Shown here: in pieces, positions 55,923 to 64,000 of the stretch | How the letters are laid out: each line of letters opens with the position of its first letter | Numbering within the stretch: position 1 is the first letter of the stretch | Assembly (NCBI GenBank): GCA_963705105.1 | Contig: CAVPIW010000006.1 | Coordinates: 32,001-96,000, forward strand | DNA length: 64,000 nucleotides | Source: an uncultured Nitrospiraceae bacterium | GTDB lineage: Bacteria; Nitrospirota; Thermodesulfovibrionia; Thermodesulfovibrionales; Dissulfurispiraceae | Direction of reading: 5' to 3' | Made by a program: the position numbers and the translations under genes | Notes under the pieces: generated by a model | The model's input: the letters and a program-made list of their open reading frames with translations, nothing else | Databases searched by the model: none | What the model was told of the DNA's origin: nothing

Positions 55923-56669
55923 ATGAATGAGTTGATCCTTGACGGGCTTCGTCCCGCCATCGCCGAAAAGATCGGGCCTTTCTTCCGGGAAATCCTCGCC
56001 GGACATGGTGAAATCATCCATTCCCTGCATGTTTCAGGAAGCGCCGTCACCCCCGACTTTGACGAAAAAACGTCGGACATCAATTCGGTCATTGTCCTCC
56101 AAACGATGGACCTCGCCTTCCTCGAGTATCTCGCGCCCCTTGGAAAAGGGTACCGCAAGAAGAGGATCGCTGCGCCTCTCGTCCTTGATCCGGACTACAT
56201 CAGGTCGTCCCTCGATGTCTTTCCCATCGAGTTTCACGACCTCCGGCTTATTCACAGGACGCTGTACGGGGAAGATATATTTCAGCACCTCCCTATCGAA
56301 CACCCCTATCTGCGGCTCCAGTGCGAGCGGGAAGTGAAGACCCGGCTCATCCGGCTCAGGCAGGGCTTCATTTCATCCCTCGACGACAGTGAACTCCTGA
56401 AGGACCTGCTTTCCCGCGCCGTCACGGGCTGCTTCCCCCTGTTCAGGGCACTGATCACTCTCATGGGCGGCACTCCGCCCGTGAAAAGAGACGAGGTGCT
56501 CGCCACGATCGGCAGGATGACCTCCATCGGCACCGACATCTTCGAAACGCTCGGACGCATCAGGAGAAAGGTCATCTCACCGTCACGGGATGAACTCCAC
56601 CGCCTTTTCCACACTTTCTACGGCGCGACGGGGGAACTGGGAAAGATCATCGATGGCCTGGCCCGTTAG
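55923..56669 (+). CDS. Uncharacterised Pol-beta-fold nucleotidyltransferase-like protein with helical C-terminal domain
   Basis: hGS-x11-DhN motif (LHVSGSAVTPDFDEKTSDINSVIVL), then SLDVFPIEFHDL and LRLQCERE. Confidence 0.75.
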   Translation: MNELILDGLRPAIAEKIGPFFREILAGHGEIIHSLHVSGSAVTPDFDEKTSDINSVIVLQTMDLAFLEYLAPLGKGYRKKRIAAPLVLDPDYIRSSLDVFPIEFHDLRLIHRTLYGEDIFQHLPIEHPYLRLQCEREVKTRLIRLRQGFISSLDDSELLKDLLSRAVTGCFPLFRALITLMGGTPPVKRDEVLATIGRMTSIGTDIFETLGRIRRKVISPSRDELHRLFHTFYGATGELGKIIDGLAR

Positions 56670-57423
56670 GACCATCCTCTTTCTCGTTCTTTTCCTGCCC
56701 TCTCTGCTCCGGGCTGCGACACCCGAGCCTCCCGCTCAACCGCAGAACTACGTCGTCGACCTGGCGAACGTCATCGCAGACGACAAGGAAGCGCAGATGA
56801 ACGGTTATCTCCGGGAGCTCGAGCAGAAAACGACGGCCCAGGTCGTTGTGCTGACCGTCGAGAGCCTCGACGGCGAGCCGGTGGAGCAGTTTTCCCTGAA
56901 GATCGCCGAGAGGTGGAAGATCGGGCAGAAGGGGAAAGACAACGGCGTTCTCATCACAACGGCGGTCCGGGACAGGAAGTACCGTTTCGAAATCGGATAC
57001 GGTCTCGAGCCCATCCTGCCCGATAGTCTCGTGGGAAGCATCGGCAGGGATCATCTTGTCCCCAATTTCAGAAAAGGAGACTATTCCGGCGGCCTCTATT
57101 CAGCGACCCTTGCCGTCGTCAGGACGATTGCGGACCATGAGAAAGTGGAAATAACGGGCCTGCCTGCAATGCAGAGGGAGCCCTCCGGAAGCGGCGAAGG
57201 GGGTGGTCTTTTTGAGACAATCCTGGGAGTCGCCATCTTCCTCGTGGCCGCGTACTTTTTTATCCGCCATCCCGGCCTTTTTCTCCTCTTTCTCCTCAGC
57301 TCTTCCCGGGGGAGGGGAGGCAGCGGCTGGTCCGGGGGAGGGGGATTCGGAGGCGGCGATTCCGGCGGATTCAGCGGCGGCGGAGGCAGTTTCGGCGGCG
57401 GCGGGGCCTCGGGGGACTGGTAA
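56653..57423 (+). CDS. TPM-domain (YgcG/TLP18.3-like) membrane protein with Gly-rich tail
   Basis: Signal peptide MAWPVRTILFLVLFLPSLLRA; YVVDLANVI, WKIGQKGKDNGVL, RFEIGYGLEPILPD; TM helix; GGFSGGGGSFGGGGASGDW end. Confidence 0.93.
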   Translation: MAWPVRTILFLVLFLPSLLRAATPEPPAQPQNYVVDLANVIADDKEAQMNGYLRELEQKTTAQVVVLTVESLDGEPVEQFSLKIAERWKIGQKGKDNGVLITTAVRDRKYRFEIGYGLEPILPDSLVGSIGRDHLVPNFRKGDYSGGLYSATLAVVRTIADHEKVEITGLPAMQREPSGSGEGGGLFETILGVAIFLVAAYFFIRHPGLFLLFLLSSSRGRGGSGWSGGGGFGGGDSGGFSGGGGSFGGGGASGDW

Positions 57424-57427
57424 GAGA

Positions 57428-57462
57428 CAGAAGGCAGAATGCAGAATTCAGAATCCAGAAGT
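57428..57462. repeat. Heptamer tandem repeat, 5 x CAGAANN
   Basis: cagaagg cagaatg cagaatt cagaatc cagaagt. Confidence 0.85.
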
Positions 57463-57483
57463 ATAGCAGACCCCCGGTTGCAT

Positions 57484-57640
57484 GAAAGGCGGGACAAAGC
57501 ACTCTGAAAAATAGTGTCAGTGACAGTGTGAGTGTCAGCAAAAGGTTCACTTTTCTTCAGACGTTTGCGTCAAATGGTCTTTACGGGAAGGCAAAGGTTT
57601 CGCAGCACCAAGGCTTTTCGGCATCTTCGCCCCGCCTTTC
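57484..57640 (+). repeat. Dispersed inverted-repeat-bounded element, copy C
   Basis: GAAAGGCGGG...TTCGCCCCGCCTTTC; shares gggaaggcaaaggtttc.cagcacc..gcttttc with copies A and B. Confidence 0.85.
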
Positions 57641-57686
57641 CGGAGGATGTATGCGTGGCAATATAAACGGTACACAGAGAAGGCAG

Positions 57687-57770
57687 GTAACCCGGAACTC
57701 GCAACCCGTGACCCGTAACCCGGAACTCGTCACGCGTAACCCGTAAATCGCAACTCGCAACTCGTAACCC
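57687..57770. repeat. Heptamer tandem repeat, 12 x G[T/C/G]AAC[C/T]C-like, directly before the lemA RBS
   Basis: gtaaccc ggaactc gcaaccc gtgaccc gtaaccc ggaactc gtcacgc gtaaccc gtaaatc gcaactc gcaactc gtaaccc, then AAAGGAGG. Confidence 0.9.
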
Positions 57771-57784
57771 GAAAGGAGGTCTTT

Positions 57785-58363
57785 ATGAACAGCAGGGGTA
57801 TCTCATCGGTCCTTGTCGTCCTCGGCGTTCTTGCCGTGTTCGTCCTCGGCATCGTCGGCTGGGGAGTCGGTCAGTACAACAATGTGATCGCCATGGACGA
57901 GCAGGTCAAGGCCCAGTGGGCGCAGGTCGAGAACCAGCTCAAGCGGCGCTATGATCTCATCCCGAATCTCGTCGAGACCGTCAAGGGCTACGCGAAGCAC
58001 GAAAAGGAAATCTTCGAGAACATCGCACAGGCGAGGACGAAATACTTCCAGTCCGATAACGTTAAAGACAAGATCCAGTCCTCCCAGGCCCTTGAAGGGG
58101 CGCTGTCGAGGCTCCTTCTCCTCAGGGAGACCTACCCCGATCTGAAGGCGAACCAGTCCTTTCTCAAGCTCCAGGACAGCCTGGAGGGAACGGAAAACAG
58201 GATCGCCGTGGAGCGCAAGCGGTACAACGATGTGGTGAAAGAGCTGAATACCTACCGCAGGACCATCATGGGGAGCGTCGTGTCCTCCGTCGCCGGTGTC
58301 AAAGAGGCGGCGTATTACGAAATCCCCGAGGCCGAAAAGGCAGCGCCGAAGGTGCAGTTCTAA
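57785..58363 (+). CDS. lemA: LemA family protein
   Basis: N-terminal TM; YNNVIAMDEQVKAQWAQVENQLKRRYDLIPNLVETVKGYAKHE, ETYPDLKANQSF..LEGTENRIAVERKRYND. RBS AAAGGAGG at 57772-57779. Confidence 0.97.
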   Translation: MNSRGISSVLVVLGVLAVFVLGIVGWGVGQYNNVIAMDEQVKAQWAQVENQLKRRYDLIPNLVETVKGYAKHEKEIFENIAQARTKYFQSDNVKDKIQSSQALEGALSRLLLLRETYPDLKANQSFLKLQDSLEGTENRIAVERKRYNDVVKELNTYRRTIMGSVVSSVAGVKEAAYYEIPEAEKAAPKVQF

Positions 58364-58480
58364 AAACTTCATCTCGCGCAAAGACGCAAAGCACGCAAAG
58401 AACGGCCCCTATAATGACAAATCAGAGTGCCCATAGTTCCCGAATCAGTAGTATCCTTAATCGTTGCAACACACTCCCGG

Positions 58481-58645
58481 GAAAGGCGGGGTTGGGGTGA
58501 ATGCGCCGAAAACCGTGCTGAGGCGACACCTGTATCGAAAGGAAAGACGAGGCATACGCCGATGTCAGGAGAATTGGACATCTTTTCCGACACTGACACT
58601 GACACTCACACTGACCTGTTTTCAGAGTGCTTCGCCCCGCCTTTT
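58481..58645 (-). repeat. Dispersed inverted-repeat-bounded element, copy D (reverse orientation)
   Basis: Reverse complement reads aaaggcggggcgaagcactctgaaaa..gtcagtgtgagtgtcagtg..cagcac.gttttcggcgcattcacccc..ccccgcctttc and is collinear with copy C. Confidence 0.85.
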
Positions 58646-58664
58646 TATACAACTACAGGGTTAT

Positions 58665-58728
58665 GTATCTGTCTTGTCCGGTATCTTTCCCAAAAAGAGA
58701 AGAATGATTCCCGACAAGCGGGAATGAC
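58665..58728. repeat. REP-like palindrome GATTCCCGACAAGCGGGAATGAC with a degenerate inverted partner
   Basis: ATTCCCG-ACAAG-CGGGAAT hairpin at 58706-58728; gtatctgtcttgtccggtatc at ~58666-58685 resembles its reverse complement. Confidence 0.65.
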
Positions 58729-58848
58729 AGACGAGTGATGTGTCGGACTCTTTTTTCGAGATCGTCAATCTTGTGTAGTTTGTTTCTTGCCTGGCGCTCT
58801 TGGCGGCTTTGCGCGGGACTGCGTGTAGTATTAGGCTTTATGCCTTTA

Positions 58849-58857
58849 TGATACAAT
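58849..58857 (+). promoter_or_regulatory. Putative extended -10 promoter (TGnTACAAT), 6 nt upstream of the copA ATG
   Basis: tgATACAATacagagATG; no Shine-Dalgarno sequence. Confidence 0.55.
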
Positions 58858-58863
58858 ACAGAG

Positions 58864-61326
58864 ATGCCTGAAAAAATCGATATCCCCGTCACAGGCATGA
58901 CGTGCGCAGCCTGTTCATCAGCCGTAGAGCGTGCCCTCAAGAAACTCGAGGGCCTCGAAGGGGCCGTCGTCAACCTGCCTGCGGAAAAGGTCACCGTCGA
59001 ATTCAGGGAGGGTACGGAACATCCTCCCGTTAGGGAAATCATCGATACCATCAAGGACGAAGGCTACGGCGTCCGGACGGAGCGCATGGATTTCTCCGTC
59101 CGGGGGATGACCTGCGCCGCCTGCGTCAGCGCCGTCGAAAGATCGATCAAAGAACGGGACGGCGTCGTCGATGTCAATGTGAACCTCGCCACGCAGAAGG
59201 CGAGCGTGGAATTCGTGCCCACCCTCGTCGGATTCGGGGATTTCAGGAAGGCCGTCGAGGATGCTGGGTATACAGCGGAGCAGGCCCCGGAGGCAGGGCA
59301 GGCCGACCGGGAAAGGGAGTACCGCGAGAGGGAATACCGGACCCTCAGAAGGGACCTGATCATCAGCGCCGTCTTTACGGTCCCCGTCATCATCGGCAAC
59401 ATGTTCATGTCTTTCCCCGTGCTCTCGAACTGGTACCTCCTCTTCGCCCTCACCACGCCTGTTCAGCTCTGGAGCGGCATGAGGTTCCACAGGGCCGCCC
59501 TTTCGGCGCTGAAGCACGGGACATCGAACATGAACACGCTCATCAGCATCGGCACGTCATCGGCGTATCTTTACAGCACCCTTGCAACATTTGCTCCGGA
59601 TATATTCGAGCGCAGCGGCATCCATGCCCACGTCTATTTCGACACGTCGGCGACGATCATCACGCTTATCCTTTTCGGCAGACTCCTTGAAGCACGGGCA
59701 AAGGGGAAGACCTCGGAAGCGATACGGAAGCTTATGGGCCTTCAGGCGAAAACAGCGACCGTTGTGAGGTCCGGCTCGGAGCAGGTCATTGCGGTGGAGG
59801 CCGTCGTCGTCGGCGACATCGTCATCGTCAGGCCCGGAGAGCGCATTCCCGTTGACGGAGAGGTGACGGAGGGGTTTTCGACGGTCGACGAATCAATGCT
59901 GACCGGGGAAAGCCTGCCCGTCGAGAAGTCCGGCGGCAGTGCCGTCTTTGGCGGTACGGTGAACAAGGTAGGCAGTTTCAGGCTCAGGGCCCTCAAAATC
60001 GGCAGGGACACGTTCCTCTCCCAGATCATCCGTCTCGTCGAGGAGGCCCAGGGGAGCAAGGCGCCCATCCAGCGGCTCGCCGACACGATCGCTTCTGTCT
60101 TCGTCCCCGTCGTTCTCGTCATCGCGGTCATTACTTTCGCCGTCTGGTATGTCGCCGGCCCGTCCTTTGCGCTGGCCCTCATGAACTTCATCGCCGTGCT
60201 CATCATCGCCTGTCCCTGCGCCCTCGGCCTCGCAACGCCGACGGCGATCATGGTGGGAACAGGCAAGGGGGCGGAGCGGGGTATTCTCATCCGTGATGCC
60301 GAGGCCCTCGAACTCTGCCACAAGGTCCGGGCGGTCCTCCTCGACAAGACGGGAACGATTACGAAGGGAGAGCCCGAAGTCGTCGAGATTCACCCCGTCA
60401 ACGGCGGAGGAACATTGTCGGCCGACGACCTCCTGCTCATTGCCGCCACAGCGGAGAAAAGATCCGAGCACCCCCTCGGCGAGGCGATCGTGAGGAAGGC
60501 GGCGGAACGCCGGCTGAACCCGGCTGATCCCGATCGGTTTGAGGCCCTGCCCGGCGGCGGGATACGGGCGACCCTGCGGAATGATGCTGCGGCAAAGGGC
60601 GGCGGCGTTGCCGTGCAACAGGAGGTCATCATCGGCAACGAAAGGCTCATGAGGGATCGGGGGGTGGACGTTTCAGAGGCGCTCAAACAGCTGCCCTCCG
60701 TTGCAATTGCCGGGAGGACACCGGTGTTTCTCGCCGCAGACGGTAAAATCCTTGCAATTTTCGCCCTGGCGGATACAATAAAAGAGGGCTCTGCAGAGGC
60801 GATCAGGGACTTGCAGGCCCTGGGGATCGAGGTCATCATGCTGACGGGGGACCACCGGAGCACGGCCGAGGCCATCGCCCGGCAGCTCTCGATCGGCAGG
60901 TTCTTTGCCGAGGTGCTGCCTGACCGGAAGGTGGGCATCGTGAAAGAAATCAAGGCCGAGGGAAAGGTGACCGCCATGGTCGGCGACGGCATCAATGACG
61001 CGCCGGCCCTTGCAGAGGCCGATGTGGGCATCGCCATGGGCACGGGCACCGATATTGCCATGGAAGCCTCGGACATCACCCTGATACAGGGAAACCTGCG
61101 GAGCGTCGTCGACGCGATCCGGTTGAGCAGGCTCACCATCCGGACGATCAGGCAGAACCTGTTCTGGGCATTTATCTATAACATTATCGGGATCCCCGTT
61201 GCAGCAGGCATTCTCTATCCCTTCGGCGGTCCCCTTCTCAACCCTATGATCGCTTCAGCCGCGATGGCCTTCAGTTCCGTCTCGGTTGTGAGCAACTCGC
61301 TGAGGCTGAGAAGGAAAAAGCTATAG
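58864..61326 (+). CDS. copA: Cu(I)-transporting P1B-1 ATPase
   Basis: Two GMTCAAC metal-binding domains, [33 protein letters not shown] in TM7 and MAFSS in TM8. Confidence 0.97.
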   Translation: MPEKIDIPVTGMTCAACSSAVERALKKLEGLEGAVVNLPAEKVTVEFREGTEHPPVREIIDTIKDEGYGVRTERMDFSVRGMTCAACVSAVERSIKERDGVVDVNVNLATQKASVEFVPTLVGFGDFRKAVEDAGYTAEQAPEAGQADREREYREREYRTLRRDLIISAVFTVPVIIGNMFMSFPVLSNWYLLFALTTPVQLWSGMRFHRAALSALKHGTSNMNTLISIGTSSAYLYSTLATFAPDIFERSGIHAHVYFDTSATIITLILFGRLLEARAKGKTSEAIRKLMGLQAKTATVVRSGSEQVIAVEAVVVGDIVIVRPGERIPVDGEVTEGFSTVDESMLTGESLPVEKSGGSAVFGGTVNKVGSFRLRALKIGRDTFLSQIIRLVEEAQGSKAPIQRLADTIASVFVPVVLVIAVITFAVWYVAGPSFALALMNFIAVLIIACPCALGLATPTAIMVGTGKGAERGILIRDAEALELCHKVRAVLLDKTGTITKGEPEVVEIHPVNGGGTLSADDLLLIAATAEKRSEHPLGEAIVRKAAERRLNPADPDRFEALPGGGIRATLRNDAAAKGGGVAVQQEVIIGNERLMRDRGVDVSEALKQLPSVAIAGRTPVFLAADGKILAIFALADTIKEGSAEAIRDLQALGIEVIMLTGDHRSTAEAIARQLSIGRFFAEVLPDRKVGIVKEIKAEGKVTAMVGDGINDAPALAEADVGIAMGTGTDIAMEASDITLIQGNLRSVVDAIRLSRLTIRTIRQNLFWAFIYNIIGIPVAAGILYPFGGPLLNPMIASAAMAFSSVSVVSNSLRLRRKKL

Positions 61327-61335
61327 GAGACGGTC

Positions 61336-62454
61336 ATGCAGAGAAGGATTTACGTCGCAGATGACATACCCACCAACATCGAGCTCGTCGAGGTGGTGCT
61401 GAAGAGTGATCCGAACATCATCATCCGCAAGGCGCTGAACGGCGCCGATCTCCTCGAAATCGTGCATAGGGAGGGTCTCCCGGACCTCGTGATTCTCGAC
61501 CTCATGATGCCGGTGAAAGACGGCTTCGATGTCATCGAGGCGCTCAGGCCCGTGAGGGAGCTGCATTACTTCCCCGTTATCGTGCTCTCGGCGCTCACGG
61601 ACAAGCAGAACATCGTCAAGGCCCTCTCGATGGGCGCCGACGACTACGTGATCAAGCCGTTCTTCGTTGCCGAGCTGAAGGCCCGGGTCTCCAACATGCT
61701 CAAGCTGAAGGAGCGTGATGAACTCCTCAACAGGTCCATCGACGTGCTGTCGTCGAACCTCGCTGAAAAGCTCGAGCTCCTCGAGCAGACTCAGCTCGAG
61801 ATCGTCATTCGCCTGGGCCGGGCCGCTGAGTTCAGGGATGACGAAACAGGGCGGCACATCGAGCGGATCTCCGATTACGTGGCACTGCTGACGCGGGAAC
61901 TGAACTACAACGAGGAGCGGAGCACGATGCTCAAGTTCGCCGCCCCCATGCACGACCTGGGGAAGATCGGCATACCGGACCGCATTCTTCTCAAGCCGGG
62001 CAAACTGACCGACGAGGAATTCAACGTCATCAAGCTCCATACTCTCATCGGAGGAAGGATCCTGAGTGGCACGACCCTGCCCCTCCTCGAGATGGCGAGG
62101 GAGGTCGCCCTCAATCACCACGAGCGGTGGGACGGCACGGGCTACCCCTTCCACCTCAAGGGGAGGGAGATCCCGAGCTCAGGCCGTCTTGTGGCCATCC
62201 TCGACGTGTTCGACGCCCTCACCTCCATGCGCGTCTATAAATCGGCGTGGCCCTTCGACAGGGCCTTCGAGTATATCCGGGATCAGCGTGAGAAGCAGTT
62301 CGATCCCGATGTGGTCGACGCGTTCCTGAAGTACGAAGACAAGATCATCGAGATCAAGAAATCCAACGCCGATGAACCGGCGACAAAGCCCATCATCCAG
62401 AGCATCATCGACGGGGAGATGCACCTGGACGCGCTGAGAGACCTATGGAAGTAG
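61336..62454 (+). CDS. Response regulator REC + HD-GYP (RpfG-like c-di-GMP phosphodiesterase)
   Basis: VADD..DLVILDLMMP..GADDYVIKPF; RDDETGRH, HDLGKIG, HHERWDGTGYP, DVFDALTS.R.YK. Confidence 0.95.
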   Translation: MQRRIYVADDIPTNIELVEVVLKSDPNIIIRKALNGADLLEIVHREGLPDLVILDLMMPVKDGFDVIEALRPVRELHYFPVIVLSALTDKQNIVKALSMGADDYVIKPFFVAELKARVSNMLKLKERDELLNRSIDVLSSNLAEKLELLEQTQLEIVIRLGRAAEFRDDETGRHIERISDYVALLTRELNYNEERSTMLKFAAPMHDLGKIGIPDRILLKPGKLTDEEFNVIKLHTLIGGRILSGTTLPLLEMAREVALNHHERWDGTGYPFHLKGREIPSSGRLVAILDVFDALTSMRVYKSAWPFDRAFEYIRDQREKQFDPDVVDAFLKYEDKIIEIKKSNADEPATKPIIQSIIDGEMHLDALRDLWK

Positions 62455-64000
62455 CGGAACAGGGGCAGTCCCTCCTCATCATCCCCCTCGGGGGCGTCGA
62501 GGAAATCGGTCTCAACATGACCCTTTTCCAGTGCGGCGACGACCTGATCATCGTCGATGCCGGACTCATGTTCCCTGAAGAGGAGATGCTTGGTGTCGAC
62601 TTCGTCATCCCCGATTTCTCCTACGTCCTCGACAACAGGGAGAAGGTGCGGGCCGTCATCCTGACCCACGGGCATGAGGACCACACCGGCGCTCTGCCTT
62701 TCCTGCTGAAGGAACTGGAGGTCCCCGTGTACGGGACGGCGCTTACCCTTGCCCTGGTCCGGGAAAAGCTGAGAGAGCATGATCTCGCCGACGTGGACCT
62801 CATCCCTGTGAGACCCCGGGACTGCGTCACCCTTGGGTGCTTCACCGTCGAATTCATCAGGGTGACCCACAGCATCGTCGACGGCGTGGGATTGGGCATC
62901 CGGACGCCCTTCGGCAACATCATCCATACCGGCGACTTCAAGGTCGACCCCACGCCCGTTGACGGCGAGCTGATGGACTTCCACAAGTTTACCGAGTATG
63001 GCGAGAAGGGCACCCTCGTGATGCTGTCGGACAGCACGAATGCGGAGAAGGGCGGATTCACCTTCTCGGAAAAGGAAGTGAGGAGGGCCTTCGAGGACAT
63101 CTTCGCGAAGAAGAAGGGAAGGATCATCATCGCCACCTTCGCGTCCAACATCCACCGCATCCAGCAGGCCGTCGACGTGGCGGTCCAGTTCGGACGGCAC
63201 GTCGTCATGTGCGGCAAGAGCATCACGGCCAATGCCCAGATAGCCCTCGATCTCGGGTACCTCAAGGTGCCCGAGAACACGTGGATGCGGCTCGATCAGG
63301 TCAACTCATTTCCCGACGACCAGGTGGTCATCATCACCACGGGCAGCCAGGGGGAGCCGATGAGCGTCATGTCGCGGATCGCCATGGATGAGCATAAGGT
63401 CATCAAGATCCGTGAGGGTGACACGGTGATCCTGTCGGCCAAGATGATCCCCGGCAATGAAAGGTCCATAGGCAGGATCATCGACCATCTCATGCGACGG
63501 GGGGCCGATGTCAAATACGAAAAGGTCTCCGAAATCCATGTGTCCGGCCATGCGTCGAAGGAAGAGCTGAAGCTCATGATGAACCTCGTGAGGCCCCGGT
63601 ATTTCGTGCCGATCCACGGCGAATACCGGCATCTCCGGTACCATGCCAGGCTGGCGGAAAAGTCGGGCATACCGAAGGACCATATCTTCCTCCTCGAGGA
63701 CGGGTCCGTTCTGGAGATCACTTCCTCAGGGATCTGGAAGAACGGGAAGGTCCACTCCGGGAGGGTCTTCATCGACGGCAGGGGCATTACGGGCGTCGAG
63801 GACATCGTCCTGAGGGACCGGAAGCGCCTCGCCCATGACGGGATCGTCATCGTCCTCGTCGCGATCGAACGCCTGACGAGGAAGGTCATATCGGGACCGG
63901 AGATCATCTCGCGGGGATTCGTTTTCGAAGACGTGTCCCAGGAGGTGATCAACGAGGTACGGGAGCTCATGGCGCAGACCCTCTCGGGGCTGGAGGACGA
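62445..64000 (+). CDS. rnj: Ribonuclease J (runs off the window end; absent from the ORF track)
   Basis: IIPLGGVEEIGLNM..VDAGLMFP..GVDFVIPD..THGHEDHTGALP, THSIVD, HTGDFK, SDSTN, FASNIHRIQQ, TGSQGEP, HVSGHAS, PIHGEYRH. Confidence 0.96.
   Translation, partial: MEVAEQGQSLLIIPLGGVEEIGLNMTLFQCGDDLIIVDAGLMFPEEEMLGVDFVIPDFSYVLDNREKVRAVILTHGHEDHTGALPFLLKELEVPVYGTALTLALVREKLREHDLADVDLIPVRPRDCVTLGCFTVEFIRVTHSIVDGVGLGIRTPFGNIIHTGDFKVDPTPVDGELMDFHKFTEYGEKGTLVMLSDSTNAEKGGFTFSEKEVRRAFEDIFAKKKGRIIIATFASNIHRIQQAVDVAVQFGRHVVMCGKSITANAQIALDLGYLKVPENTWMRLDQVNSFPDDQVVIITTGSQGEPMSVMSRIAMDEHKVIKIREGDTVILSAKMIPGNERSIGRIIDHLMRRGADVKYEKVSEIHVSGHASKEELKLMMNLVRPRYFVPIHGEYRHLRYHARLAEKSGIPKDHIFLLEDGSVLEITSSGIWKNGKVHSGRVFIDGRGITGVEDIVLRDRKRLAHDGIVIVLVAIERLTRKVISGPEIISRGFVFEDVSQEVINEVRELMAQTLSGLED

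Noticed and set aside
57803..58381. 192-aa antisense ORF over lemA, and similar antisense ORFs over the efflux genes, copA and rnj
   Set aside because: These are shadow ORFs from GC-rich third codon positions, with no motifs or RBS.
55375..58645. CRISPR array or integron attC cassette array
   Set aside because: The copies are about 165 bp, irregularly spaced and in mixed orientation, with no cas or integrase gene and no clear RYYYAAC/GTTRRRY boundaries.

Overview
The window joins two unrelated genomes at about position 50,953/50,954. Bases 1-50,953 are gene-dense, GC-rich nuclear DNA of a chlorophyte-type green alga. Its GT-AG introns are full of GA/CT/A/T tracts, and its exons carry many single-base frameshifts that are probably consensus errors. 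Recognisable algal genes are beta-tubulin, a C2H2-UBA-PUB protein, ProRS, SWC4/DMAP1, a RAD18-like gene, IRE1 with C-terminal CCCH fingers, NOL6/Utp22, CCZ1, a SlyD-type FKBP, a DDX20-like helicase, a fibrillin, AsnRS, FtsZ1, a plastid pyrophosphatase and a truncated nicastrin. At 13-16.7 kb there is a local duplication hotspot that also holds a Trp/Gly/Cys-rich secreted-protein gene missed by the ORF track. Bases 50,954-64,000 are clean, intron-free bacterial DNA, all on the + strand: a truncated RND permease, EmrA- and EmrB-like efflux genes, a nucleotidyltransferase-fold/TPM/LemA module, CopA, a REC-HD-GYP protein and RNase J. The bacterial intergenic regions carry four copies of an unannotated ~160-170 bp element with covarying terminal inverted repeats, plus heptamer arrays and REP-like palindromes, all clustered around the NTase-TPM-LemA module. 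All calls come from reading the sequence and recalling family motifs; no searches were run. Algal gene ends are approximate because of the frameshifts.
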